Below are positions 37,099 to 47,014 of a DNA stretch of 64,000 bases, piece by piece. Within the stretch, counting starts at the first letter, position 1; each line of letters begins with the position of its first letter. Source of the stretch: an uncultured delta proteobacterium (lineage in GTDB: Bacteria > Myxococcota > B64-G9); contig CAVWHX010000004.1 in NCBI GenBank assembly GCA_963754925.1, positions 1 through 64,000 of the forward strand, written 5' to 3'. A program made the position numbers and the translations under genes. The notes beneath the pieces were generated by a model. The model made no database searches, was not told the DNA's origin, and saw nothing but the letters and a program-made list of their open reading frames with translations.

Positions 37099-38280
37099 AT
37101 GAAGAGCTGGCGCGCTAGTGTGTTCTGTGTATCGATCATCGCTATGGGAATTATGGGTTGTGGAAATAAAAATTCCAACCAAGATGGCGGTTCTACCATT
37201 GAATTCACAAAGGCAGCGCTGAGTTCGCTTCCAATGATCATGACCACCCAGACCAGCAGTCAGGGCCTGACCGCACAATTCGGCAGCCTCGCCTCCGCCC
37301 TTTCCACCGGAACGATCGCCGACTACCAGTCCCTCGTCTACCTCTTTAAGTTTGAATGTCATGCGGTGCCCTATGCCAATTATTGTCCGTCTTCCATTGT
37401 TCCCACCACTGATCTGATGGACCCGTACCGATTCGAGATGGGATCGCTCATCGGCATGATTTTCGGCGCCCAAATGTACGCGGGCTCGCTGGTGACGAGC
37501 TGTTCCAACTCGGGTCTTACCCCAATGACGGTAACGGCCGGCTCCTACACCGCCGCTTCTTCCGCTACCGAGGCGGATCCCACGAGATTCATACTCGACA
37601 ACTTCTCGTTGTACACGTGCCGATCGAGCAACGTTTCGGATGCGAAGGCGGAAACCCGTGTCCTTTCAGCGGTCGCGGACGGTTCCTACCAAGCGGCGCT
37701 GCACACGCGTTATAAGTATAACAGCGGCGACAATCGATTGCAGACCGACTTTTTCCAGGTGTATGTGGCTATGAACGGCACCGTGCCCGCGTTCCTGGCA
37801 TTTAACTTCTCGGCGGCAGAGCCCCATGCCTCGCGCATCGTTCTGCTCACGAATCTGATTAACCACACTTTCGCTCTCAAATTCTATGTTCCTTCGCAAC
37901 CCGATTCCAATAATCCGGGGCTTTCAAGCCAGGTGTTTTATGCTGTGGCGACCGGCGCCGCCGGATACGACCTCGCGACCGGAACGCCGTACCCGGGCCA
38001 CTATTACGTAACGTTTTCTGACGGCGGTGGGTCTTCCCTGTGCGTGAACAACGAAGGAGGAATAATCGAATCTGACGATACAAACTGCACGAGCAATTCA
38101 GTACCGCTGACCTGGTCAACCTCCGATACCATCAAAACGTACCTTGGCATTTCAGACGCCGACGCAGCCCGCGTGGCGCCATTTCTAGCGAAATTCCAGG
38201 ATGATCTTGCACTTTCGGCCACCGACGCATGGCAAAACGCGGGTGATGAAGATCTTTACTGGCCGGCGAGCTTGCAATAA
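37099..38280 (+). CDS. Hypothetical lipoprotein
   Basis: SD AAGGAGG, GIMGC lipobox, Ser/Thr-rich. Confidence 0.7.
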   Translation: MKSWRASVFCVSIIAMGIMGCGNKNSNQDGGSTIEFTKAALSSLPMIMTTQTSSQGLTAQFGSLASALSTGTIADYQSLVYLFKFECHAVPYANYCPSSIVPTTDLMDPYRFEMGSLIGMIFGAQMYAGSLVTSCSNSGLTPMTVTAGSYTAASSATEADPTRFILDNFSLYTCRSSNVSDAKAETRVLSAVADGSYQAALHTRYKYNSGDNRLQTDFFQVYVAMNGTVPAFLAFNFSAAEPHASRIVLLTNLINHTFALKFYVPSQPDSNNPGLSSQVFYAVATGAAGYDLATGTPYPGHYYVTFSDGGGSSLCVNNEGGIIESDDTNCTSNSVPLTWSTSDTIKTYLGISDADAARVAPFLAKFQDDLALSATDAWQNAGDEDLYWPASLQ

Positions 38281-38307
38281 GCTCGATACCGTTAGGTGGT
38301 ACAGGCT

Positions 38308-40089
38308 TCATGAGAGCTTACCTTCCTGATTCTCCGCCACCGTGATCTCAAGGTTGCGGTCGAAGCGGTGCCCATCGGGGACGATCAACCGTCCGCCGCT
38401 CTCAACCTGCACTACTACCTGTACTCCTGCTTCGATCCGCACCCCTTTACCGATTGAAACTCTACTGGCGTCTCGCGAATCACAGGCGAGTCGACGGTCT
38501 GACGTCATTCGAATCGTTCCATAGGGACGGGCGGTGTTAATAATCAAGGTACTGCGCGCCCCCACCCGTAGCCCCTCGCTCGCAATCGGGGCGCCTGGTT
38601 TACCGCCTTCCCGGGCGCAGACATACAACCGCGCGCCGCCCTCAATCCGCCAACCGGGTCCGATGCCGCGCTCGCGCAGCAGCTCGGACTCATCCCCACA
38701 GCACGGGTGCAGGTCGCACAGAGCATCGGGGGCCACCTCGGCGCCACACTGCAGCAGTCGTTTGGCGTGCATCGCCGAAAGCATGGATACCGTCGAAGCG
38801 ACCGAGTCCACTCCCACGACACTTTTGGTGGGCATGAAGAACTCTCCGCGCGGCACTTCATAGGCCCGCACCTGCTCGGCCGGCAGCAGGCGGGTGATGT
38901 GCTGGCTGAGGTACTCCAGGGAGCTGCCCAGCACCGTACCGATGCGTGAAGGCACGGCCTTCTCGGTATAGAGTATCGGATCAAGATCCGAACGTACGGC
39001 GGAAAGCGCTATCAGATTAACGTTGGTGTTTGCGGCATCGTAGCGCAGCCTGCCGGAAACAGCATCGCGCTGTGCGGCAAGCGCCGGGTCAATGACCGTA
39101 TACTCAACCGCTTCGATCCGGCCGCTTGCGCGCACGTTCATCAAGACCCCGACCTTTTCAGCCGGGTCGGTTTTACGCACCACCGACACGGTAAAAAGCG
39201 CTTTCTCTCGAATATGGTAGCCAAGTCTCGCGGGCGTAAACGGTCGCGCCGCCGGATTGTCAATGTTATGCATGACGAGATGGTTAATCCCTTGGCGTTT
39301 AAGGCTCTCCAAAAACGGTCGGCCGTCAGGTCCGGATTGCTCCAGCGCACGGTAAACCCCCCCATGGCCGTCGCCGGTCAGTGAAAGCTGGCCTTGGTTA
39401 TCGGCCACGATGAGAAGTCCGCTGTGGTCCAGGCGCGGCACGCATGCTTGTTCGAAGGTGACCAACCCTTCTCTCGGAAAGCCCCACAGATCGATGCGCC
39501 TAAAGAACCTACGCGTCCGATCGTGCGTCACCGGACTGGTCATTATCATGACGAGCGGCAATCGACTTCGTCTGACGCCCGCGTCGAGCGCTTCGGCGAT
39601 AACGATCTCAAAGAAGCTGAGGCCGCCTACCGGTGAGATGGGGAAGACCCCCTTGGGGTCTCTCGGATCAAAATTGTTCAGCTGATTGAGTTCCGAAAAG
39701 AAACGCGTTGCGGCGCCGCCGGCAAACGCTACCGAAGCTATCTCGCCGCCAGCCAGCGCCTCGTTGCCGGCGGCCCGATCGGCTTCCTGACGTGTCGCTT
39801 GTTGCTCCACCGTCAAGACCTCGATTGGCTCGACATCCGCCGAGCGAAGAACATCCCGCTTCGTCTCTTTGAGAGCGCGGCGATGCCGATCGAGTTGTTC
39901 CCTATCGATGGTCTGAGCCGCGAGCAGCGCCGTCCGCACCACTTCCGGTGCCGCATCGGCCAGGTAGCGGCTAAACATTTCCGCCTGTCCATGTTCAACT
40001 AAACGTTCAACGACATCAACGAACGCCGGTTCCTGCTTAAGAACTGCTCGTAACGCTGGGCAGCCGGAAAATATTTCATGATCGACCAT
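38308..40089 (-). CDS. UDPGP-family nucleotide-sugar pyrophosphorylase
   Basis: AGGAATR, PKG, IMTS, GDGHGGVY, HNIDNP, EKVGVL, VEYT motifs. Confidence 0.75.
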   Translation of the reverse strand: MVDHEIFSGCPALRAVLKQEPAFVDVVERLVEHGQAEMFSRYLADAAPEVVRTALLAAQTIDREQLDRHRRALKETKRDVLRSADVEPIEVLTVEQQATRQEADRAAGNEALAGGEIASVAFAGGAATRFFSELNQLNNFDPRDPKGVFPISPVGGLSFFEIVIAEALDAGVRRSRLPLVMIMTSPVTHDRTRRFFRRIDLWGFPREGLVTFEQACVPRLDHSGLLIVADNQGQLSLTGDGHGGVYRALEQSGPDGRPFLESLKRQGINHLVMHNIDNPAARPFTPARLGYHIREKALFTVSVVRKTDPAEKVGVLMNVRASGRIEAVEYTVIDPALAAQRDAVSGRLRYDAANTNVNLIALSAVRSDLDPILYTEKAVPSRIGTVLGSSLEYLSQHITRLLPAEQVRAYEVPRGEFFMPTKSVVGVDSVASTVSMLSAMHAKRLLQCGAEVAPDALCDLHPCCGDESELLRERGIGPGWRIEGGARLYVCAREGGKPGAPIASEGLRVGARSTLIINTARPYGTIRMTSDRRLACDSRDASRVSIGKGVRIEAGVQVVVQVESGGRLIVPDGHRFDRNLEITVAENQEGKLS

Positions 40090-40211
40090 AGGTCATTCCC
40101 TTTGGTTGTCACTCTGCCTTGCCGGGCTGTGCCTTGTTTATCATCTCCCGTGCCGATCGACAACGTAAGAGTACTATAGACGCCGGTAACCCATTCGGGT
40201 AGTATGCCGCC

Positions 40212-41261
40212 GTGCATACCAATACATCAACGTCGGGACGAGTGTTCACCCGCGCCCGATTTCTCGCCGTCAACGGAACGTTATTGGCGGCCCTGATCAT
40301 CGCTATCGGGGCCGGTTGCGTGCTTGGTCCCGGCGGCCTGGATCTATCCAAGATACTTCCCCTCGACCCGTCTTCCAATCCCGAAGCGGCGATGCTGGTG
40401 CTTGCTAGACTCCCGCGGGTGCTGCTTGCCGCCTTGGTCGGCGCGATCTTGGCGACGGTTGGCGCAGCCTTTCAAGCGCTGTTGCGCAATCCCCTGGCGG
40501 ACCCCCTGATCATGGGCGTTTCGGGCGGCGCCGCCTTGGGGGGAACGCTCGCGCTGGTCCTCTTTGGTTCCGGCGCGGGCGCCCAGCTCGCGTTGGAGGG
40601 CCCGGCCGCGTTTATCGGCGGCGTCATCGCCACCGTATTGGTGCAGCGGGTGGGCACCGTCGGCGGACGACTCGAACCCACGACGATACTGTTGGTGGGC
40701 GTGGTTTTCAACACCTTTGCCTCGGCAGTGATCATGTTCCTCAAGACCGTCGTCTCGGCTCAAAAAACCCAGGAAATCCTCTTTTGGCTGATGGGTAGCC
40801 TGGGCTACCGCGACTACACCACCGTGGCCGTGGTTGCGGTTGGTTCACTCGCGGGACTGACGGTGATCATGCAACACGCCTCCGCTCTCAACGCCCTGGC
40901 GTTGGGTGAGCACGGCGCCGCCCACCTCGGCGTGAATGTGGAGCGCACCCGCTGGGTTGTCCTGGTCGCCTCGTCGTTGCTGGTAGGGCTCGCGGTATCG
41001 GTGTCGGGGCTGGTCGGTTTCGTCGGTCTGATAGTTCCGCACCTGTTCCGGCTCGGGTTGGGTCCTGACCATCGCCTGCTGCTGCCGGCCACCGCGCTCG
41101 GCGGCGCGTCCTTCTTGGTATTGGCCGACCTCGTCGCCCGGCTGCTGTTTATACCCCTCGCGACCGAACCGCCGGTCGGCGTCGTTACCGCTTTCTTGGG
41201 AGGACCGTTCTTCTTATGGTTACTGCGTAAACGCTCGCGCATGGCGTTTCCGCTCAGCTGA
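40212..41261 (+). CDS. btuC: FecCD/BtuC family ABC permease
   Basis: RLPRVLLA, QALLRNPLADP, FVGLIVPH, GGPFFLWLL; substrate inferred from context. Confidence 0.8.
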   Translation: MHTNTSTSGRVFTRARFLAVNGTLLAALIIAIGAGCVLGPGGLDLSKILPLDPSSNPEAAMLVLARLPRVLLAALVGAILATVGAAFQALLRNPLADPLIMGVSGGAALGGTLALVLFGSGAGAQLALEGPAAFIGGVIATVLVQRVGTVGGRLEPTTILLVGVVFNTFASAVIMFLKTVVSAQKTQEILFWLMGSLGYRDYTTVAVVAVGSLAGLTVIMQHASALNALALGEHGAAHLGVNVERTRWVVLVASSLLVGLAVSVSGLVGFVGLIVPHLFRLGLGPDHRLLLPATALGGASFLVLADLVARLLFIPLATEPPVGVVTAFLGGPFFLWLLRKRSRMAFPLS

Positions 41262-41272
41262 ATGGGTCGACG

Positions 41273-42106
41273 ATGGAGTACGCGGCGCCTCACTCCTTGG
41301 CTGTCGAATGGGATGACCTACAGTTTGCCTATGGTACCACGCCGGTACTGCACAGCATCCGCTGGCAGATTCCCACCGGCGCCTTTGTCGGCCTGATGGG
41401 CCCCAACGGCTCCGGCAAAACCACCTTGATCCAGCTCACCTGCGGTGCCCTCCGTGTGCAGGCGGGCGCCATTCGCATTTTCGGCAAGAACCTGACGAGC
41501 TGGGAGCGGCGCGAACTGGCGCGTTCGGTGGCGGTGGTGCCGCAGCAGTTTCAACTTTCGTTCCCGTATACGGTCGAGGAAGTGGTGTTGTTAGGCCGGG
41601 TACCGCACCGAGGCGCCATGGCCTTCGACCGAGCGTCGGATCGCTCTGTCGCGGCAGAAGCCATGCGAGCCGCCGGCGTGTACGATCTCCGCGCCCGCCG
41701 CATGCACGAGCTTTCAGGTGGCGAGTTCAAGCGGGTGGTGGTGGCCAAGGCCTTGGCCCAACAGCCGCGCCTGCTGCTGCTCGACGAACCCGCGGCTCAC
41801 TTGGACATTCGTCATCAAGTTGAACTGTACGACCTGATCGACACCATCCGCCGGCGCGAGGGCCTCACGGTGCTTTCCGCCATGCATGACCTGAACCTAG
41901 CGGCGGCGTATTGCAACCACGTAGCGTTGCTCAAAAACGGCGCGCTCTTTCGCGCGGGAACCGTTGCAGAGGTGATGACCTACCGGAATCTCAGTACAAC
42001 CTTTGACTGCGACATCTATGTCGGGGTCAACGATCAGACCGGTCAGCGGCTGTTCACCCCGATGATCCGCAACCACAAACATCCTACGATGCCTAAGCCT
42101 GAGTAA
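41273..42106 (+). CDS. btuD: ABC ATP-binding protein (BtuD/FepC family)
   Basis: GPNGSGKTT, LSGGE, LLLDEP, HDLNLA. Confidence 0.8.
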   Translation: MEYAAPHSLAVEWDDLQFAYGTTPVLHSIRWQIPTGAFVGLMGPNGSGKTTLIQLTCGALRVQAGAIRIFGKNLTSWERRELARSVAVVPQQFQLSFPYTVEEVVLLGRVPHRGAMAFDRASDRSVAAEAMRAAGVYDLRARRMHELSGGEFKRVVVAKALAQQPRLLLLDEPAAHLDIRHQVELYDLIDTIRRREGLTVLSAMHDLNLAAAYCNHVALLKNGALFRAGTVAEVMTYRNLSTTFDCDIYVGVNDQTGQRLFTPMIRNHKHPTMPKPE

Positions 42107-42109
42107 CTC

Positions 42110-43024
42110 TCACTGCAGCGGAAAGCGCAGCGTAATGCCCAAGACATAGCCGAAATCTCTCGACGGTGAACCGCGATACCCGAGGTCTACGGTCACCACA
42201 CGAGAGACATACCCAATCCCGGCCCCCACAAGACTCGCATTGCCATAGGGGGAGGTTTGATCGTAGGAGTAGCCGCCCCTCAGTGCGAGTAGATCGAACA
42301 GCAGATATTCAAGGCCAACATTATACGAGTAGCCGACGTGGTGATGGGCACTGGGTTGGAGCGGGTCCGCGGGTTTTTGAAAGTTAATTAACCAATCGAA
42401 AGCCAGTTCGAGCGTTCTGAAGGGCGAGAACATGACTGCCGTACCCATGGAGATGGGGTGTTCGAGGTAGTCCGCGGTGTTGGTCAGGTTATAGCCAACG
42501 ACCCCCACCGAAAGGCCAATACTCGTGCGTACCAGCGCACCCAGACTAACGGTTACCGCGTTGAGGTTGTGTTTGTCGAACTCGTCGAAATCCAGATAGG
42601 TGGTGTCGAGCCCGATGAGCAATTTGTCTGAGATGGGAACGGCAAACGCGAGGTCAAAGCGGTTACCCGTTTTGTCGTCGCCGCGCTGAACGCGGGTGTA
42701 GGCGGTGCCGGTAGCAAAGTACTGCGAACTCGAATTATCGATTACCGAGGCTTGAATGACATGTTCGGTAGGCCCATTGGTCGCTCCGAACTTCGCCGAA
42801 GGCTGAGCGGGTGATCCAAACTTTGGGGTAATAAGGTACTCGGCCTCAATGCTGTACGCCTTGAATAAGGCCATGCCCGCCGGGTTCAGGAAGATCGCAT
42901 CGTTGCCCGTTACGACCGCCCGGTAGGCATTGCTCATGCCCAGCGGCCTGGTACCGATAAAGTCGTCGGCCTGGGCGCCGAGGGACACCAGGATCAACAC
43001 AACCGTGACGGTCGTTCGAATCAT
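42110..43024 (-). CDS. Outer-membrane beta-barrel protein (PorV/FadL-like N-terminus)
   Basis: Signal peptide, GTRPLGMSNAYRAV...AIFLNPAGMA, amphipathic strands. Confidence 0.65.
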   Translation of the reverse strand: MIRTTVTVVLILVSLGAQADDFIGTRPLGMSNAYRAVVTGNDAIFLNPAGMALFKAYSIEAEYLITPKFGSPAQPSAKFGATNGPTEHVIQASVIDNSSSQYFATGTAYTRVQRGDDKTGNRFDLAFAVPISDKLLIGLDTTYLDFDEFDKHNLNAVTVSLGALVRTSIGLSVGVVGYNLTNTADYLEHPISMGTAVMFSPFRTLELAFDWLINFQKPADPLQPSAHHHVGYSYNVGLEYLLFDLLALRGGYSYDQTSPYGNASLVGAGIGYVSRVVTVDLGYRGSPSRDFGYVLGITLRFPLQ

Positions 43025-43109
43025 GGCCCGACCTTAACAATCGCCGGGCATAGGTGTCAAGTTCGGTTACGTCTGGACAAGCCGAAGTCGCGGTCCTACA
43101 ATCAGCTCC

Positions 43110-44138
43110 ATGAACACACCTGCTCGGTTCCACGAGGCGCGCTACTACGAGAAGCTTGAACTCGACACGGTGCGTTGCCACCTCTGCCCGCACCGTTGTG
43201 TCATTCAAGTGGGCCGCCGCGGCATCTGCGAGGTGCGAGAAAATCAAGGGGGACGGCTCATCGCGCTGTCCTACGGCAGGGCGATCGCGGTCCATGACGA
43301 TCCCATCGAAAAGAAACCGCTGTTCCACGTGTTGCCCGGATCAACCTCTCTCAGCGTGGCAACCGTGGGCTGCAATTTGCGTTGTTCTCATTGTCAAAAC
43401 TACGAAATCAGCCAATACCCACATACCAACGACCGAATTCCGGGGGACCAGCTTTTGCCCGAGGAACTTGCCGATGCCGCCTGCAAACGCGGCGCGCAAA
43501 CCATTTCCTTTACCTACACCGAGCCGACTATCTTCATGGAATGGGCTCAAGATTGCGCAGCCGTTGCCCACGATCGCGGGGTGCGCAGCGTATTTGTCAC
43601 CAACGGGTATTCCGCTGCTCAGCCGATCCGCGACATCCAACCCAATCTTGCGGCGGCCAACGTCGATCTCAAAGGCTTTCGAGACGAGTTTTACCAACAC
43701 ACCTGCAAGGGACGATTGCAACCGGTCTTGGATACCATCAAACTCATGCGGGAACTCGGGATCTGGGTTGAAGTGACCACCCTTCTGATCCCAGGCCTCA
43801 ACGATGATCCAGCGGAACTCGCGCGGCTCGCCGCCTTTTTGGCCTCGGTCGATCCGTGCATGCCCTGGCACATAAGTCGTTTTCATCCCGACTTCCAAAT
43901 GCTCGACCGGCCGGTTACCCCGCAGGCCGCCATCGCCCGCGCGCGTGAGATCGGGTTACAGGCTGGGCTGCAGTTTATTTACGCCGGCAATCTCCCTGGC
44001 GATCCTGCAGAGAATACGTACTGCCCTGCGTGTCATGCGCTCCTCATCGAACGACATGGTTTTCAAGTGTTCCAGAACCTGCTTGACCGGGGACAGTGTC
44101 CCGCTTGTCGCCGCCCGATACCCGGTATTTGGACGTGA
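43110..44138 (+). CDS. amrS: AmmeMemoRadiSam system radical SAM enzyme
   Basis: CHLCPHRC, DPIEKKPLFH, GCNLRCSHCQN, WHISRFHP. Confidence 0.93.
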   Translation: MNTPARFHEARYYEKLELDTVRCHLCPHRCVIQVGRRGICEVRENQGGRLIALSYGRAIAVHDDPIEKKPLFHVLPGSTSLSVATVGCNLRCSHCQNYEISQYPHTNDRIPGDQLLPEELADAACKRGAQTISFTYTEPTIFMEWAQDCAAVAHDRGVRSVFVTNGYSAAQPIRDIQPNLAAANVDLKGFRDEFYQHTCKGRLQPVLDTIKLMRELGIWVEVTTLLIPGLNDDPAELARLAAFLASVDPCMPWHISRFHPDFQMLDRPVTPQAAIARAREIGLQAGLQFIYAGNLPGDPAENTYCPACHALLIERHGFQVFQNLLDRGQCPACRRPIPGIWT

Positions 44139-44241
44139 GAACGGGTGGCATCGAGCAGGGGGCCCCCCGCCGGCTGTGCGGCTTGGCTGCGCGGAACGAA
44201 GTGAGCACCGCCGGGGGATGCAAGATGCCAGGACCCGTTCT
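44138..44241. repeat. Dispersed repeat copy 3 (inverted), with one 15-bp unit
   Basis: Reverse complement matches 30273-30353 plus an inserted GCAGCCAAGCCGCACA; outer IR AGAACGGG/CCCGTTCT. Confidence 0.85.
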
Positions 44242-44256
44242 ATAGATTGCTTAAGA

Positions 44257-44850
44257 TCAGCTCAATCGGGGCCGGGCGATGAGATAAAGCTCACGCGAGC
44301 CTTTGCGGGTGGTATCGAGGCGAACTCGTCGGATTTCTCCAAAAGACGTTCGCAGCTCTGCCAGAAGCGGATTGAGATCCGGGCCTTCGAATACCTTGGC
44401 GACCAACGCGCCGCCGGGCCGCAACTGCGCGCGAGCCACATCCGCAGCCGCCCGCACCAACTCAATGCTACGAGCATGATCGGCAAACCCGACCCCTGAG
44501 GTATCCGGGGCCATATCGGAGAGAACGAGATCCGCCGGACCGCCTAACGCCTCGCGCAGGCTCGCGAGCGACTCCGGCGCCTGAATATCAGCTGTCAGCA
44601 CGAAAACGTTCGGTAAACCAAGAGACGGAAGCGCTAACCGATCGATCCCCACCACCCTCCCCTGCTCACCGACGGATTGCGCCGCCACCTGCAGCCAGCC
44701 GCCCGGAGCACAACCCAGATCGAGCACCCGCTGACCGCGCCGAAATAACCGAAATTGACGATCGAGTTCCTGAAGCTTATAGGCCGCCCGTGACCGATAG
44801 CCTTCGGCTTTGGCCTTGCGGTACCAGGTGTCTTTGCGTTGGTATACCAT
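44257..44850 (-). CDS. rlmE: 23S rRNA Um2552 2'-O-methyltransferase
   Basis: YRSRAAYKL, LDLGCAPGGW, LSDMAP, SRELY. Confidence 0.93.
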   Translation of the reverse strand: MVYQRKDTWYRKAKAEGYRSRAAYKLQELDRQFRLFRRGQRVLDLGCAPGGWLQVAAQSVGEQGRVVGIDRLALPSLGLPNVFVLTADIQAPESLASLREALGGPADLVLSDMAPDTSGVGFADHARSIELVRAAADVARAQLRPGGALVAKVFEGPDLNPLLAELRTSFGEIRRVRLDTTRKGSRELYLIARPRLS

Positions 44851-44902
44851 GGAAATTCTTCGGCATGCACAACTACGTTGCGCCGGAAACGCGTATGCTG
44901 CG

Positions 44903-45334
44903 CTAGGACAGTTCTTTCTTTTGATCGATTTGATATTCGTAGGAGGCTTGCCCTGAGTCTGACGGAAGGCTTGCGAGTCGCTTGGTGCTCAGTTTATCCT
45001 CGCTGTATATTTGACGCACGAAGAATTCAATCATCGGCAGCGAATCGCTCATGATCGACAAAAACTCGATGCCCATCCCGCGTTTATGGGGGTTCTCGTC
45101 GTTGTTGATGTGCGCCACTCGTCCGACGATATTCAACGGCTGGTTGCCCCATTCTTCGGGAAGCTTCACGGTAAGCCGAACCTCGGAGCCTACCGGCGGC
45201 GGTGCAAACGTTTTGATAAAAATCCCACGGGAAGAAATATTGGTGGATAAATCAACGTACTCTCGGCCCGCGATGCTATAGCGACAAACGAGAAACATGG
45301 GACGCCGTTCACTGCGACGCGTATTATCGGACAT
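44903..45334 (-). CDS. PilZ-domain protein
   Basis: RRSER and NISSRG (RxxxR, NxSxxG), GMGIEF. Confidence 0.82.
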   Translation of the reverse strand: MSDNTRRSERRPMFLVCRYSIAGREYVDLSTNISSRGIFIKTFAPPPVGSEVRLTVKLPEEWGNQPLNIVGRVAHINNDENPHKRGMGIEFLSIMSDSLPMIEFFVRQIYSEDKLSTKRLASLPSDSGQASYEYQIDQKKELS

Positions 45335-45499
45335 GTGCCTCTCTCTTCCCACTTCGATAACCTAATGTATTTTAGCGCTTCCTTACCTCGGACGTCAACA
45401 ACAATGCAATCAATTCAATAGCATTGAGTTGTTGACCAATGCCCTGGAAGTGAGGTATTCGCCAAGAGGACAGAAATTTTATCCGTTGGAAGGAGCCCC

Positions 45500-46993
45500 A
45501 TGAAAAACCTCGTTGCAAATTACCTCAAGAGCCACGATGTCGAGAAAGTCGATATCGGGTTTATCGCCTATCTCGCAAATCTTTGTAAGGTCGCCGAAGT
45601 CGCTCCATCGGTGACTCAGTCGATCATCCAGGAGCTCGCCGATCAGAGAAGCAATCTGAAACTTATCGCTAGTGAAAACTACTCCTCGCTCGGGACCCAA
45701 CTTGCTATGGGAAACCTGCTAACCGATAAATATGCAGAAGGGTATCCCTTCCATCGGTTCTATGCCGGGTGCGATAACGTCGACGCAATCGAGAACTTTG
45801 CCTGCGAGCAAGCCCGCGCGATTTTCCACTGTGACCACGCGTACGTTCAGCCTCACAGCGGGGCTGACGCCAATCTCATCGCGTTCTGGGCGATTCTTCA
45901 CCAACGGGTAAAAATCCCTCTTCAAGAAGCGTTGGGAGAAGCCAATCCATCCAATCTCGACAGAAATCAGTGGCAGGAAATACGGCGCACCTTGGGAAAC
46001 CAACGCTTGTTGGGCATGGACTACTACTCGGGCGGCCACCTGACTCATGGCTATCGCCAGAATGTTTCGGCCCAGATGTTCGATGTCTACAGTTATGGGG
46101 TAAACAATGAGTCCGGCCTCATTGACTATGCTGAACTCGAAAAAATGGCGCTCAACATTAAGCCGCTGATTCTGTTGGCGGGCTATAGCGCCTACCCCAG
46201 AGCCATCAACTTTAGCCGCCTTCGAGAAATCGCCAATAAAGTAAACGCGGTTTTCATGGTCGATATGGCGCACTTTGCGGGATTGGTGGCTGGAAAGGTT
46301 TTTACCGGGGATTACAATCCGGTAGCATCCGCTCATGTCGTCACCACCACAACGCATAAGACTTTGCGAGGTCCCCGCGGCGGCATGGTCCTCTGCACCG
46401 CTGAATTCGCTGATGCCGTCGACAAAGGCTGCCCGCTGGTTATCGGAGGGCCGCTTCCCCACGTTCTTGCGGCAAAGGCGGTGTGTCTGGTCGAGGCCGG
46501 CAAGCCGGAGTTCGCGACGTATGCATCGAAAATCGTCGAAAACGCAAAGAGCTTCGCGGAATCTTGTAAGAAAGAAGGCATGACCCTCACCACGGGCGGC
46601 ACGGACAATCACCTCTTTCTTATTGATGTCAGGCCGTTTGGACTGACCGGGCGCCAAGCTGAAAGCGCCTTGCGCGATTGCAGAATTACCCTCAACAGGA
46701 ATTCTCTGCCGGACGACCCCAACGGCCCGTGGTACACGAGCGGGCTCAGACTAGGCACGCCGGCGGTTACCACCTTGGGCATGGGGCCACCTGAACTAAC
46801 CGAGATTGCAAAAATAATATCGATGGTTCTCAACAACACAGATGGCCAAAACAGCAAAGCTAAGTACACAACCGACGATACCGTAAAGCAAGAAGCCAGG
46901 GAACGGGTAACCTCGCTTCTGGCCCGGTTTCCGGTTTATCCGGAGCTTGATCTTGATTTCCTGCGAGAAGCTTTTGGGGTAAGCAGAGGCTAG
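45500..46993 (+). CDS. glyA: Serine hydroxymethyltransferase
   Basis: LIASENY, KYAEGYP, TTTHKTLRGPRGG, SGLRLGTPA. Confidence 0.97.
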   Translation: MKNLVANYLKSHDVEKVDIGFIAYLANLCKVAEVAPSVTQSIIQELADQRSNLKLIASENYSSLGTQLAMGNLLTDKYAEGYPFHRFYAGCDNVDAIENFACEQARAIFHCDHAYVQPHSGADANLIAFWAILHQRVKIPLQEALGEANPSNLDRNQWQEIRRTLGNQRLLGMDYYSGGHLTHGYRQNVSAQMFDVYSYGVNNESGLIDYAELEKMALNIKPLILLAGYSAYPRAINFSRLREIANKVNAVFMVDMAHFAGLVAGKVFTGDYNPVASAHVVTTTTHKTLRGPRGGMVLCTAEFADAVDKGCPLVIGGPLPHVLAAKAVCLVEAGKPEFATYASKIVENAKSFAESCKKEGMTLTTGGTDNHLFLIDVRPFGLTGRQAESALRDCRITLNRNSLPDDPNGPWYTSGLRLGTPAVTTLGMGPPELTEIAKIISMVLNNTDGQNSKAKYTTDDTVKQEARERVTSLLARFPVYPELDLDFLREAFGVSRG

Positions 46994-47014
46994 GTCGGCC
47001 GTGTTGGGTGATCC

